Assembly: GCA_965218795.1 (NCBI GenBank)
Contig: OZ244653.1
Span: 3,598,234-3,662,233, forward strand
From: a bacterium
Lineage (GTDB): Bacteria > UBA8248 > JACPRG01 > G963555815
Direction of reading: 5' to 3'
Length of the DNA stretch: 64,000 nt
The notes under the pieces were generated by a model. It was not told the DNA's origin and made no database searches. It saw nothing but the letters and a program-made list of their open reading frames with translations. Positions within the stretch are counted from its first letter, which is position 1; each line of letters opens with the position of its first letter. Positions 17,475 through 27,839 of the stretch are shown here, in pieces. The translations under genes and the position numbers were made by a program.

Positions 17475-17966
17475 ATGAACAAGTGCGTGATTTATCCCGG
17501 TACGTTCGATCCCTTGACGAACGGCCATTTGGACATTGTCGTCCGGGTTCACAGCCTGTTCGAACGGGTCGTGGTGGCGGTTGCCGACAACCCTTCGAAA
17601 GCGCCCATGTTCCCGATCCCGGAGCGCCTGGATCTCATCCGGGAGGCCGTGGCCGATTTGCCGAACGTGGAGGTGGATACCTTTGAGGGGCTTTTGGTGG
17701 AATACGCCACAAAAAAATCATCGAAGGTGATCATCCGGGGTCTTCGGGCGGTCTCCGACTTCGAGTATGAGCTTCAGATGGCCCTGATGAACCGATGGCT
17801 GAACCATGAAATCGAAACCTTCTTCATGGCGCCGAGCGCTGAATTTTCCTTTCTCAGCAGCGGGTTGGTTAAAGAGGTGGCCTCCTATGGAGGTGAAGTG
17901 CGAAATCTCGTCCCCGATTGCGTGGGCGATGCCCTGGAGAGGAAAATTTCGGGGGGCTCGAAGTAG
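17475..17966 (+). CDS. coaD: Phosphopantetheine adenylyltransferase
   Basis: VIYPGTFDPLTNGHLDIV, RGLRAVSDFEYE and SSGLVKEV. Confidence 0.95.
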   Translation: MNKCVIYPGTFDPLTNGHLDIVVRVHSLFERVVVAVADNPSKAPMFPIPERLDLIREAVADLPNVEVDTFEGLLVEYATKKSSKVIIRGLRAVSDFEYELQMALMNRWLNHEIETFFMAPSAEFSFLSSGLVKEVASYGGEVRNLVPDCVGDALERKISGGSK

Positions 17967-17999
17967 CGCAGGGGCCGCGGCGGCCCAAGGGTTGAATCG

Positions 18000-19235
18000 A
18001 TGAACGCGAAATCAGGAGCGGGTGAGCGGGCTGCTCGTAATTTCAGGCTGTCCGAGCGCATCGGCGCGGTGAAGCCTTCCGCCACCCTTGCGATCACCGC
18101 GATGGCTCGGGATCTGCGCGCCCAAGGGGTGGACGTCATCGGTTTCGGGGCGGGCGAGCCGGATTTCGACACCCCCGAAGCCATTGTCCACGCCGCGGTG
18201 GAGGCGCTCCAGGAGGGGTTTACCCGATACACCGCCTCGAGCGGGATCCCTGAGCTCCGGGCGGCCATCGCCAGAAAGCTCGAGCGGGACAACAACGCGA
18301 TCTATCAGCCTGAGGAAATCGTCGTTACGGTCGGCGCCAAACAGGCGCTCTATTCCATCTTTCAGATCCTGTTGGACCCCGGCGACGAGGTCATTGTGCC
18401 GGCGCCGTATTGGGTGTCCTATGTGGATCTCCCCGCCCTCGCGCACGGGACGCCCATCGTCTGTCCCCTGGATGAAGAGAACGGTTTCGACCTGGACCCG
18501 GACGGGATCGAGCGGTGCCTCAGCCCGGCGACCCGCGCGGTGATCGTCAATTCGCCTTCCAATCCGACGGGCGCGGTGTACTCGCGCGGTGCCGTGGAAG
18601 CCGTGATGGAGCTGGCCATCAAGCACGGGCTCCTCGTCATCACGGACGAGATCTACGAAAAGATCGTCTACGGGGGTGCGGAGGCCCTTTGCCCTGCCGG
18701 ATTGGGCAATGACGCGTGGGAACACACCCTGGTGGTCAACGGTTTCTCGAAGGCCTATGCCATGACCGGCTGGCGGCTGGGATTCGTGGCCGGTCCCCGG
18801 GCCGTCATCGACGCGATCGGCAAGTTTCAGACCCAGGGCACGAACAACCCGACCTCCTTTGTCCAGAAGGCCGCGGTCGTGGCCATGGACAGCCCGGACG
18901 AAGTGTTCGCCCCCATGGTGGAAGAGTTCCGGAAGCGGCGGGATTACATGGTCGGCGAGTTCAACAAGATGGACGGCGTCTCCTGTTTCGTCCCCCAGGG
19001 CGCATTCTACGCCTTCCCGAACGTGGGCGGGCTCTTCGGCAGGAGCTCTTCCTCCGGCCCGATCGAATCCTCGGCCCAACTTTGTGAATACCTGCTGGAG
19101 GAGGGAAAGATCGCCGTCGTACCAGGCAGCGCCTTCGGCGCCGAGGGTTTCGTCCGGTTCTCCTACGCCACCTCCATGGAAAACATCCGAGACGGGATGG
19201 AGCGGATGGCCGACGCCATTTCCAAGCTCAAGTAG
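18000..19235 (+). CDS. Pyridoxal-phosphate-dependent aminotransferase, class I (aspartate aminotransferase-like)
   Basis: GEPDFDTP, NSPSNPTG, FSKAYAMTGWRLGF (PLP lysine) and RFSYATS. Confidence 0.9.
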   Translation: MNAKSGAGERAARNFRLSERIGAVKPSATLAITAMARDLRAQGVDVIGFGAGEPDFDTPEAIVHAAVEALQEGFTRYTASSGIPELRAAIARKLERDNNAIYQPEEIVVTVGAKQALYSIFQILLDPGDEVIVPAPYWVSYVDLPALAHGTPIVCPLDEENGFDLDPDGIERCLSPATRAVIVNSPSNPTGAVYSRGAVEAVMELAIKHGLLVITDEIYEKIVYGGAEALCPAGLGNDAWEHTLVVNGFSKAYAMTGWRLGFVAGPRAVIDAIGKFQTQGTNNPTSFVQKAAVVAMDSPDEVFAPMVEEFRKRRDYMVGEFNKMDGVSCFVPQGAFYAFPNVGGLFGRSSSSGPIESSAQLCEYLLEEGKIAVVPGSAFGAEGFVRFSYATSMENIRDGMERMADAISKLK

Positions 19236-19257
19236 CGTCCCCGGCGGGAGACCCTCC

Positions 19258-19446
19258 GTGGCCACGGTCCTCTACCTCATCGGCCGAATGCTCCAGCTTT
19301 TGGGTCTGGTCTACCTGGCCTGGGCCGTTTATCAGGGCATCGCCCTCGAACACGGCGGCATGGCCCAGGAATACAAGTGGTTCGGAATCGGGATCGGTGT
19401 CTTCTTCGTCGGCCGGCTGATGGAGCGGCGCTGGGGAACCAAATGA
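19258..19446 (+). CDS. Small two-TM membrane protein (hypothetical)
   Basis: GTG at 19258. It reads VATVLYLIGRMLQLLGLVYLAWAVYQG...WFGIGIGVFFVGRLMERRW. Its stop overlaps the next gene's ATG (ATGA at 19443-19446). Confidence 0.4.
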   Translation: MATVLYLIGRMLQLLGLVYLAWAVYQGIALEHGGMAQEYKWFGIGIGVFFVGRLMERRWGTK

Positions 19447-20639
19447 GCGCCTCCCGGCGTGACGTCATCGTGGTCGGCGCCGGGCCCGCGGGTTCGACCG
19501 CGGCCAGACGACTGGCCCTCGCGGGCCGGGACGTCCTCCTGCTCGAGAAATTCGAGCTGGGCCGGCGAAAGTCCTGCGCGGGCGGCATCAGCCCCCGCGC
19601 CGCAAACGCCCTCGATTTCCCCATCGATTCCGTCGTCGAGCACCGGGTTTCCGCTTACACATTCTCTTACCGGGCCCGGGCTTTCCACGCCCCTGAATCA
19701 GTCGATGTGAACATTTCGATGGTTAGACGCTCCCGCTTCGACCGGCTGCTCGCCGAGAAGGCGGCTGAGGCGGGCGCGGAGGTCCGCCCCCGGTGTCCCG
19801 TGGAGGAGGTGCGGGAGGAAGGCGGGGGCGTCGCCGTTCGAACGGGGGACAAATGGCATCGGGCCTCGGCGCTGATCGGGGCCGACGGCGCGACCGGGGT
19901 CGTCGGCCGCTTGCTGAACTTGGCCCGAAACGTGCGGCGGGGCGCGGCCGTCGAGGGAGAAGTCCGGGTCCCCGCGCTCCAGCTTCTCACAGCGCAGGGA
20001 TCCATCCAGTTCGATATGGGGGCCCTGCCCGGCGGGTATCGGTGGATCTTTCCGAAAGGCGATCACCTCAACGTCGGGTCGTGCACGACGCAGGAAAAGG
20101 TGAGGACCGTCAAGCCCTCCTGCCTCGAATTTCTGGAGCTTCATCCCGTTTTGAGGGAGTATTCCGACCTCACGATGACGGGGGCGCCCCTTCCCTGCCT
20201 GAATGCCCCCTGCGCGCTCAACACCCGTCGGGCGGTGGTGTGCGGGGATGCGGCGGGACTGGTGGATCCTCTGACGGCCGAAGGGATCCAGTACGCCATC
20301 GAGAGCGGCGTCCTGGCGGCCGAGACGGTGGACGGGTTCCTCCGCGGCGGCCAATCCCTGGACGTATATACCGAACGGGTGATCCGCACGGCGTTCGTCG
20401 AGATCTCCATCGCGGAGAAGTTCGCGCGCCTGCTCTTGAACCACCCTTACGCGAGCTTCCAGGTGGGGGTGCGCAATCCGAAGGTCAACGCCCTGTTCGC
20501 CGACGTGGTCTCCGGACGCAAGAGCTACCCGGAGATCTACGGCGAGATCAAACGGCGATTCTCCCGCCGGTTTCGTTTCGCGCGGTTCCTTCTTTCCGCC
20601 CGGTTTTATGGATCACCGCATTCATCAGCGATCCGGTGA
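19443..20639 (+). CDS. Geranylgeranyl-reductase-family FAD-dependent oxidoreductase
   Basis: DVIVVGAGPAGSTAARRLA (GxGxxG) and VVCGDAAGLVDPLTAEGIQYA. Confidence 0.8.
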   Translation: MSASRRDVIVVGAGPAGSTAARRLALAGRDVLLLEKFELGRRKSCAGGISPRAANALDFPIDSVVEHRVSAYTFSYRARAFHAPESVDVNISMVRRSRFDRLLAEKAAEAGAEVRPRCPVEEVREEGGGVAVRTGDKWHRASALIGADGATGVVGRLLNLARNVRRGAAVEGEVRVPALQLLTAQGSIQFDMGALPGGYRWIFPKGDHLNVGSCTTQEKVRTVKPSCLEFLELHPVLREYSDLTMTGAPLPCLNAPCALNTRRAVVCGDAAGLVDPLTAEGIQYAIESGVLAAETVDGFLRGGQSLDVYTERVIRTAFVEISIAEKFARLLLNHPYASFQVGVRNPKVNALFADVVSGRKSYPEIYGEIKRRFSRRFRFARFLLSARFYGSPHSSAIR

Positions 20640-20762
20640 ACCTCTATTCCTTTGGGGGACATTTCGGGCGCTTGCGCGCCCGGCATTTCGCGGAGGCGCG
20701 TTGCCTCCCAAAAGGCCCCAAAATTCTTTGGCGTTCTTGATTCATGCCATAATGAATTCGTC

Positions 20763-21878
20763 ATGCGGATTTCGTACTTGAGTCATTTTTCTTGTCCGAC
20801 CTCACGGGCGAAGAAGGCGGGGCGCTGCGGAGGCCGGCTCGCCGTCCAGCCGGGCGAGATCCCCACGCGGCTTGCGGACAGCGACGAAGACGAACTCCTC
20901 GAAGGCAACGTGATGTGCGAGCGTTGCGACGCCTGGTATCCGGTTTTGGGAGGCGTCCTGGTCCTTACGCCCAGGGCGAGGCTGTATCTGGGCGCACGGT
21001 ATTCATCGATGATGGGGTTCGCGGGCGTCCATGCCTGCCTCTCGGATAACGCCCGCCAATGGCTTCTCGATCAGCACTTCGACCTCTACGAAGTGTCGAA
21101 AAAGCAGGACACGGTCGATTCCAATTCGGCCCTGCATTACGAGAATCTCTTGGACCTGATGGAGCGCGCGCCTCTCCCGAAGAGTTTTCGGGCTTTCCTG
21201 GAAGCGTGGGACGGAAAGTCGCCCTATGACCTATTGTCGGCGATGGGCCTCGAACACCAAATGGTCCGGGAGAAGGAGTTCGAGCGAAGCTTCAACGGAC
21301 TCGCGGTGGATGCGGGGTGCGGGGCCGGGGGGCTGGTGCGCCGGCTGGCCGACCACTTCGAACGGGTCATCGGGGTGGACCTTTCCTTCAGTTCCGTCCT
21401 GATGGCGCGCTCGATCCTGCTTCATCAGCCGAGACCCTGCAATCAGCATTTCATCCGCACGGAGCGGGACGCCTTTCAGTCCCGCGACCTGGACCACGCC
21501 CGCCGCTCCAATGTCGAGCTGGCGGTCGGGGACGTCACGGTCCTTCCGTTCGGCGACGAGGCGGCCGATGCGGTGGCGAGCGCGAACATCGTGGATATCG
21601 TTCACCCGCGTACCCCGCTCTGGGAGGCCGCCCGGGTGATTCGGAGGGGCGGTCAGCTGCTGTTTACGGATCCCTTCAAGATTGCGGCGGGGATGTATTC
21701 GGCCACGTCCCGTCGTCCATTGGAGGACGCCAAGAAATACCTGGCCTCGCTGGGCCTACAGCCAGTGGAAGAGCACGACTACGTGCCGTGGGTCTGGTAT
21801 CGCTACAAGCGCCACGTGCAGATCTATTTCAACTACTGCGGGGCGTTTCGGAAGGGGGAGAAGCCGGAGGAGCCTTGA
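20763..21878 (+). CDS. Class I SAM-dependent methyltransferase with an N-terminal Trm112-like zinc-ribbon region
   Basis: The Cys pairs CPTS...RCGG and CERCDAWYPVLGGVLVLTP give the zinc-ribbon region. AVDAGCGAGGLVRRLA is SAM motif I. I chose the ATG at 20763 within the longer 20652 ORF. Confidence 0.75.
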   Translation: MRISYLSHFSCPTSRAKKAGRCGGRLAVQPGEIPTRLADSDEDELLEGNVMCERCDAWYPVLGGVLVLTPRARLYLGARYSSMMGFAGVHACLSDNARQWLLDQHFDLYEVSKKQDTVDSNSALHYENLLDLMERAPLPKSFRAFLEAWDGKSPYDLLSAMGLEHQMVREKEFERSFNGLAVDAGCGAGGLVRRLADHFERVIGVDLSFSSVLMARSILLHQPRPCNQHFIRTERDAFQSRDLDHARRSNVELAVGDVTVLPFGDEAADAVASANIVDIVHPRTPLWEAARVIRRGGQLLFTDPFKIAAGMYSATSRRPLEDAKKYLASLGLQPVEEHDYVPWVWYRYKRHVQIYFNYCGAFRKGEKPEEP

Positions 21879-21900
21879 AGGATCGTTTCAGGGAGCCATT

Positions 21901-22140
21901 TCAAGCGCGCATGCGCCACCAAAAGCCTCCAGGGAACTTCTTGCAAACACCTGGATACTTCAGCCGGGTTTCCTTGTTTTCCATCAGGTCGGCGGACTGG
22001 CCTTCGTAGCGGATTCGGCCTTTCTCGATGAGGCAGGCCCGCTGGATGATGCCCAGGGCCAGTCCTCGTGTTTTGCTCCAACTCAGGACGAACGGGGCCA
22101 ATCGATGTTTTTCTATCGATTGATAACAGTTTGAAATCAT
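21901..22140 (-). pseudogene. 3' remnant of a LivF-type branched-chain amino-acid ABC ATPase gene
   Basis: The minus-strand frames give ...ELEQNTR then, after a frameshift, GLALGIIQRACLIEKGRIRYEGQSADLMENKETRLKYPG. This matches the LivF C-terminus pattern (LLVEQN...Y.le.G.i...G....L..n..vr.aYLG). No Walker A or ABC signature lies upstream. Confidence 0.55.
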
Positions 22141-22305
22141 GACCCGAACCGCGGCGGAACTCAGATCAGGCGCCTGTGGTTCAAGACGAGCCGAACAAAA
22201 GGTTGGGTTGAAATTTGGTTCTCCGCGTATTAAATTCACTCGGTTAGATGGAATCCAGAGGATTTGCGGGTCGCCCCTTTCCAACAAAAATCAGGCATTC
22301 AGCGA

Positions 22306-23217
22306 ATGGAGCCAGCCAAAGAAATCTGGATGGACGGTCAGTTTGTGGATTGGGACGACGCGAAGATTCACGTCCTGACCCATACGCTCCACTACGGCCT
22401 GGGGGTCTTTGAAGGGATTCGGTGTTACCAGACCTCGAAGGGCTCGGCGGTATTCCGTTTGACCGAACACATGGATCGGCTCTATCGTTCGGCCCACATC
22501 GTCGGGATGGAGCCGAACGTCCCTAAAGAGGATGCGCACCAGGCGACGCTGGACCTGATCCGGCGGAACGGGCTCAATGCCTGTTACATCCGACCCATCA
22601 TGTTCCTGGGTTACGGAACGATGGGCGTCAGCAACCTCAACGCACCGGTGCATTCAGCCATCGCGATCTGGGACTGGGGCGCTTATCTCGGAGAGGATGG
22701 TCTGGCGAACGGGATTCGGGTCAAGATTTCCTCCTTCACGAGCCACCACGTCAACAGCTACATGACGAAATCGAAAACGTGCGCCAACTATGCCGTCTCC
22801 CAAATGGCCAAGATGGAAGCCGTCCGGAACGGTTACGATGAAGCCATCATGCTGGACGCGGAGGGAACGGTCGCCCAGGGGTCGGGCGAGAACATCTTCA
22901 TCGTACGGAACGGGATGCTCAAGACGCCCCCCCTCGTGGGTGTGCTCGAAGGGATCACGCGTGATGCGGTCATTCAGTTGGCGGATGCTCATGGCCTGGA
23001 GACGAAAGAGGAGGCGTTCGCCAGAGACGAGCTCTACATTGCGGATGAAGCCTTCTTCACCGGAACGGCGGCCGAGATCACCCCGATTCGCGAGGTCGAC
23101 AACCGACGGATCGGGTCCGGGCAGCCGGGGCGGGTGACGAAGACGTTACAGGATTCCTTCTTCCGGGCCGTTCGGGGGGAGGATGAGGCTTATGAGAAAT
23201 GGCTGACCTTCGTATGA
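22306..23217 (+). CDS. ilvE: Branched-chain amino-acid aminotransferase
   Basis: [50 protein letters not shown] and VLEGITRD. Confidence 0.95.
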   Translation: MEPAKEIWMDGQFVDWDDAKIHVLTHTLHYGLGVFEGIRCYQTSKGSAVFRLTEHMDRLYRSAHIVGMEPNVPKEDAHQATLDLIRRNGLNACYIRPIMFLGYGTMGVSNLNAPVHSAIAIWDWGAYLGEDGLANGIRVKISSFTSHHVNSYMTKSKTCANYAVSQMAKMEAVRNGYDEAIMLDAEGTVAQGSGENIFIVRNGMLKTPPLVGVLEGITRDAVIQLADAHGLETKEEAFARDELYIADEAFFTGTAAEITPIREVDNRRIGSGQPGRVTKTLQDSFFRAVRGEDEAYEKWLTFV

Positions 23218-23291
23218 AAAGGCGCCTTGACGGTTTTCAGGCTCGGAAGATGAGGTCTGTTCATTTTCCGAAGCGTTGGAGGTGAAAGAAA

Positions 23292-23630
23292 GTGCCCATC
23301 TATGAGTACTCATGCTTGGAATGCGGGCATGAATTTGAAAAGCTGCAGCAGGTTTCCGATTCGCCGGTCCGCAAGTGTCCCTCCTGCGGCCTCCTGAAGG
23401 CCCGCCGGATGATCTCGCGGACATCGTTTGTTCTGAAGGGGGACGGCTGGTACGTGACGGATTACCCCTCCAAGGATCGAAAGGCCGCGATGAAGTCCGA
23501 GTCCGGCGCCGGCAGCAACGGGGACGCCGCGAAATCCTCCGAGAAGGCCACCGCCGTCAAATCAGGCGGGTCCGACACAAAGTCTCCGACGAAGACCAAA
23601 AAGACCAAGTCCGAATCCAAGACCTCCTGA
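23292..23630 (+). CDS. FmdB-family zinc-ribbon protein with a Ser/Lys/Thr-rich tail
   Basis: MPIYEYSCLECGHEFEKLQQVSDSPVRKCPSCG, followed by a low-complexity tail. Confidence 0.8.
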   Translation: MPIYEYSCLECGHEFEKLQQVSDSPVRKCPSCGLLKARRMISRTSFVLKGDGWYVTDYPSKDRKAAMKSESGAGSNGDAAKSSEKATAVKSGGSDTKSPTKTKKTKSESKTS

Positions 23631-23744
23631 GCGTCTATCCGCCCCCCGGGCCTGAAGTTTTCCTTGGTCCTGTGAACGAATTTTTGCTTGATTTCCATCG
23701 GGCCGACTGATACCATTCATCTACTCATCACCTATCCTCCTGGG

Positions 23745-24470
23745 GTGAATCTCGTCCAAGCGACCCATTTTGTAGAGGGGTCCGGTGCCCGTTTTCAGAC
23801 GGCACGGAATGAGAGAACTGTTGCCTTGAGTTCCCCTGTTGCTGAGCGCATCCTGATATCGGATCCCGACGAGGGTTCCCGCGCCGCAATTGAAGAGGCA
23901 TCCAAGCTCCTCGATGTATCCCCCCACACGTGTGAAAACGGAGCCGGTCCCGACGAGTTGAGGGGGCAACGTTATCTCCTGGCCTTTGCCGCCTTCCCGA
24001 ACGATGCCTTTTTCGTCAATGCAGGATTTCGCGCGGGCCTGTCCAGGCTCGTTGTCTTAACGACCCCCGCGGCCAAGTCGAAGGGGTTCGAAACCGTCGG
24101 CGCCGACGCTTTCGGTTTTCTCACCAAGCCTTTTCAGCCGGAAGAGGCGTGCGCGCTCATTCGTCGCGCGCTGGAGCTGAAAAAAGTGCAGCGGGAGTTG
24201 AACCGGCTGCGTTCTTTGGAGAGCCTGTCGGAAGCCATGATGGACAGGCTTCGAAATGTCGTCCGCAAGTCCGACCCCTCGAAGAAGGGGGATGTGTTTG
24301 ATTTTGTGAAAAGGTGCGTGGAGAAGCCTTTGTTGAAGATGGTTCTCGAAGAGACCGGTGGAAATCGTCTCAAGGCCGCCAATGTTCTGGGAATCAACCG
24401 AAACACCCTCCGCACCCGGTTGCGGGAGTTGAGAATCGAGCCCCATCGTCTGTCCCGGTCCAACAAGTAA
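23745..24470 (+). CDS. Fis-type HTH regulator with a degenerate receiver-like N-terminal domain
   Basis: The C-terminus GGNRLKAANVLGINRNTLRTRLRELRIE is a Fis/NtrC-type HTH_8. The N-terminus RILISDPDEGSRAAIEEA...FLTKPF is receiver-like. The start is uncertain (23688 TTG, 23745 GTG or 23826 TTG). Confidence 0.65.
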   Translation: MNLVQATHFVEGSGARFQTARNERTVALSSPVAERILISDPDEGSRAAIEEASKLLDVSPHTCENGAGPDELRGQRYLLAFAAFPNDAFFVNAGFRAGLSRLVVLTTPAAKSKGFETVGADAFGFLTKPFQPEEACALIRRALELKKVQRELNRLRSLESLSEAMMDRLRNVVRKSDPSKKGDVFDFVKRCVEKPLLKMVLEETGGNRLKAANVLGINRNTLRTRLRELRIEPHRLSRSNK

Positions 24471-24694
24471 CCGGATCATCGTTGAAATTCGTCCGATTGG
24501 CCCGGCCTGGATGTTCCGGTCCGTCCGGTTGCTCCTTCAGGGTGCCGCTTCACGATCATCCGATTCTGCTTTTTGCTGTTTTTTTGTCCGAATCGACTGA
24601 AATAATGATGCGAAAGGCCTGGATTTTTCTGGTCCCTGAGGATCACCGTCCGGATGGACGAAGGCGTTACCCGAGTCGAGGGTGAGATTCAACC

Positions 24695-25900
24695 ATGAAG
24701 GCAATCATTCTGGCGGCGGGGGGTGACAGCCTGCCCCCGTTCACCTCCACACGTCCCAAGCCGATGCTCCATCTGAGCGGTCACTATCTGCTGGAAAGCG
24801 CCATCGAGTATCTCAGGGCCGCCGGAGTCATCGATCTCGTCCTCGTGGTGGGCTATCGGAAAGAGCGAATCGTCTCCTACTTCGGCAACGGAAGTGAGTT
24901 CGGAGTCCGGATCAGCTACGTCAGCCAGGAGGAGGACCTCGGGATCGGCAACGCGTTGCTCCAGGCCGAGAGCCGCATCAATCCGGGTGAATACTTCCTG
25001 CTGGTGTACGGTGACGTGGTCACCACCGGGAACATCTATCTGGAAACCATCCAGGGCTTCAATTCCTTCCGGGCTCCGGTCGCGGCCATCTGCCTGACGC
25101 CTGAGTCGGAGACGTTCGGCAACGTCTACCTGGACAACGAAATGCGGATCACCCGCTTGGTGGAGAAGCCCATGAGGGGGGGGTTGGGCAACTATGTCTT
25201 GGCCGGCGTGTTCATCCTGCCCCATGGGTTTTTTGAGATATTGAAAGAGGCTGGAGCGGATATGGGGAAGGCCCTGGACGATTTGATTCAGATGAACGGT
25301 CTGCACTCTTCCATATGGGAGCAGGACTGGATCGATGTGCGAACTCCTTGGGATATCCTGCGGGCCAACCGGATGATGATGGATACGTGGCACCAGGCCA
25401 TCGTGTCGGATACGACCCAGTTGAAGGGCTGGGTCCACATCAACGGCCCGGCTCATATCGAGGAAGGCGTGGAGATCCTGTCCGGCACCGTGATCGAAGG
25501 GCCTTGCTACCTTGGGCAAGGCAGCTTCGTGGGCAACAATGTGCTGATCCGCCCATACACCTGCATCGGGCCGAATTCGATGATTGGGTACGGTGTTGAG
25601 CTGAAGAACTGCGTCCTGTTCAGCGGCGCCCGCGTCGGCCGGCTCTCCTTCATCGGAGACAGCGTGGTCGGCGAAGGGGTCCACTTCGGATCGGGGACGG
25701 TGACGGTCAACGTCAACCTGGACGAGACCGATGTCAAGGCTGCCATCGGCGGAGAGGATGTCGAAACGGGGATGACCAAGGTGGGATCGTTCATTGGCGA
25801 CGGCTCCCGTATCGGGGCCGGGAACACTCTCCTGGCGGGTACGGTCATCCGCAACGGCAGCATCATATCTCACCACGGAACGGTGTCCCGGGAGGTGTAA
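24695..25900 (+). CDS. Sugar-1-phosphate nucleotidyltransferase fused to a left-handed beta-helix domain (archaeal GlmU-like architecture)
   Basis: MKAIILAAGGDSLPPFTSTRPKPML is the NTP-transferase signature. The C-terminal third is made of hexapeptide repeats (IGYGVELKNCVLFSGARVGRLSFIGDSVVGEGVHFGSGTV). 401 aa. Confidence 0.85.
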   Translation: MKAIILAAGGDSLPPFTSTRPKPMLHLSGHYLLESAIEYLRAAGVIDLVLVVGYRKERIVSYFGNGSEFGVRISYVSQEEDLGIGNALLQAESRINPGEYFLLVYGDVVTTGNIYLETIQGFNSFRAPVAAICLTPESETFGNVYLDNEMRITRLVEKPMRGGLGNYVLAGVFILPHGFFEILKEAGADMGKALDDLIQMNGLHSSIWEQDWIDVRTPWDILRANRMMMDTWHQAIVSDTTQLKGWVHINGPAHIEEGVEILSGTVIEGPCYLGQGSFVGNNVLIRPYTCIGPNSMIGYGVELKNCVLFSGARVGRLSFIGDSVVGEGVHFGSGTVTVNVNLDETDVKAAIGGEDVETGMTKVGSFIGDGSRIGAGNTLLAGTVIRNGSIISHHGTVSREV

Positions 25901-25903
25901 GCG

Positions 25904-27724
25904 ATGTGCGGGATCTCAGGCGTCGTCGGTCAGAAACCCGTCGCCGCCGATCTGTTTCAGTGCGTTCGCAACCTGGAATACCGGGGATACGATTCGTGCG
26001 GCGTCGCCCTTATCAACAACGGCGGGATTGAAGTCCGGAAGAACGTCGGGACGGTGGACGAGGTCAACGCCTTGGAGAGGTTGACGGAGATCGACGGGGA
26101 GATCGGTATCGCCCATACCCGTTGGGCGACCCACGGTAAGGTCAGCCGGGAAAACACCCACCCCCACACGAGCGCCTCCGGGAACATTGCCGTCGTTCAC
26201 AACGGAATCATCGCGAACTACCGCGCTCTTCGGGAGCAGTTGCAGGGCAAGGGCCATGCCTTTCATTCCGAAACGGACACGGAAGTCATTCCCCATCTGA
26301 TTGAAGATATCATGGGCGGCGGGCTGAATCTGGAAGACGCCTTCCGGCGGGCCGTCCGGGAGTTGGAGGGGAGCTTCGCCGTCGCCGTTCTCGCGGTTTC
26401 CGAGCGCGACCGGATTCTCTGCGCCAAGAAAGAGAGCCCCCTGGTCCTCGGCATCGGGGATTCGTGCAACTTCGTCGGATCCGATTTCAACACATTCATC
26501 GATTTCACCAAGCACGCAATCGTTCTGGACGACGGAGAGATGGCCGTGGTGATCCGGGACGGCTTCACCGTCAAGGATTTCCTCACGGGCCGGACCATCC
26601 GAAAGAGCGTCATGGAGATTCAATGGGACGCCGAGATGTCCAAACGCGGGGGCTACCCTCACTACATGCTCAAAGAGATTTACGAGCAGCCCCGGACTGT
26701 CAAGAACGCTCTGGACCTCGACCGCAAGGAGCTCCGCCGCCTGGCCCAGGCCATCGATTCCAAAAAGAGGACGTACCTCATTGGAACGGGGACGACCTAT
26801 TACGTCAGCCTGTCGGGCCAGTATCTGTTCTCCCGGTATGCCGATCGGTTCCTCCCCGCCGTCAGCAGCGACGAATTTCGCGGGCTGGCCCAGTCGGATG
26901 CCGACACGTTCATTCTGGCCGCCTCCCAGTCCGGGGAAACCTATGACACGCTGAGCGCATTGCGTTACGCCAAAGAGCGGAACGCGGCCTCGGCGGCGAT
27001 CGTGAACGTGATGGGTTCCTCCATCGCCCGAATGGTGGACCAGGTCATCCTTCAGGACGCCGGGCCGGAGATCTGCGTCCTCAGCACCAAGGCGGCCATT
27101 TCCCAAATCCTGATTCTCTGTCTGACCGCGCTGGAGTTGGGAGAATTAACGGGGCATCTCTCCTCCGTAGAGGTGAACGCGCTACGGGAGGAGATCGGCT
27201 GTCTCCCCGACCTGATGGAAGCCATTCTCAATGAACGGTCCGGTTTCATCCACGGGATTGCCCACCGCCGGATGAACCGGAAAAACTGGCTGTATCTGGG
27301 AAGGGGGATCTACTATGCCATTGCCATGGAAAGCGCGCTGAAGATGAAGGAGGTCACGTACCTCCACGCGGAAGGGATGCCCGCGGGCTTCCTGAAGCAC
27401 GGAACGATCTCCCTGATCGACGACCAGATGGCCTCGATGCTCTTCGTCCCGCCCCCGAGGGCGGGTGAGTTGTATTCCCTCTCACTGAGCAGCGCGGAGG
27501 AAATCAAGGCCCGGGGCGGGTACGTGCTCGGCGTGCACACCGAAGGGGACAAAGAGGCCGAGGAAATCTGCGACGAGTCGATCGCGCTTCCGTCCGGACC
27601 TGATGTGGTCAACCCCTTTCTCCACCTTCTCGCCGGCCAGTTGTTCGCCTACTTCACGGCCACAGGCCTGAAGCGCAACATCGACCGTCCCCGTTCGCTG
27701 GCCAAATCCGTCACCGTTGCTTGA
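25904..27724 (+). CDS. glmS: Glutamine--fructose-6-phosphate aminotransferase
   Basis: MCGISGVVG (N-terminal Cys), HTRWATHG, two SIS domains (SQSGETYDTL) and the C-terminal RPRSLAKSVTVA. Confidence 0.97.
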   Translation: MCGISGVVGQKPVAADLFQCVRNLEYRGYDSCGVALINNGGIEVRKNVGTVDEVNALERLTEIDGEIGIAHTRWATHGKVSRENTHPHTSASGNIAVVHNGIIANYRALREQLQGKGHAFHSETDTEVIPHLIEDIMGGGLNLEDAFRRAVRELEGSFAVAVLAVSERDRILCAKKESPLVLGIGDSCNFVGSDFNTFIDFTKHAIVLDDGEMAVVIRDGFTVKDFLTGRTIRKSVMEIQWDAEMSKRGGYPHYMLKEIYEQPRTVKNALDLDRKELRRLAQAIDSKKRTYLIGTGTTYYVSLSGQYLFSRYADRFLPAVSSDEFRGLAQSDADTFILAASQSGETYDTLSALRYAKERNAASAAIVNVMGSSIARMVDQVILQDAGPEICVLSTKAAISQILILCLTALELGELTGHLSSVEVNALREEIGCLPDLMEAILNERSGFIHGIAHRRMNRKNWLYLGRGIYYAIAMESALKMKEVTYLHAEGMPAGFLKHGTISLIDDQMASMLFVPPPRAGELYSLSLSSAEEIKARGGYVLGVHTEGDKEAEEICDESIALPSGPDVVNPFLHLLAGQLFAYFTATGLKRNIDRPRSLAKSVTVA

Positions 27725-27839
27725 GCCTGTCCGCGAAGGGCCGGGGAAGATCGACCCGTCCCGCCGGATGGACCGTCGGGCAGGCCGGATGTTCCTTGCT
27801 CGAAAACCGATATCTTTGCGGGGCTGAGACCGGGACGTG

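Noticed and set aside
24471-25903. A glmS ribozyme upstream of glmS.
   Set aside because: glmS starts 3 nt after the preceding CDS, so there is no leader to hold a ribozyme. I saw nothing resembling the glmS ribozyme core in the 224-nt spacer before the nucleotidyltransferase gene.
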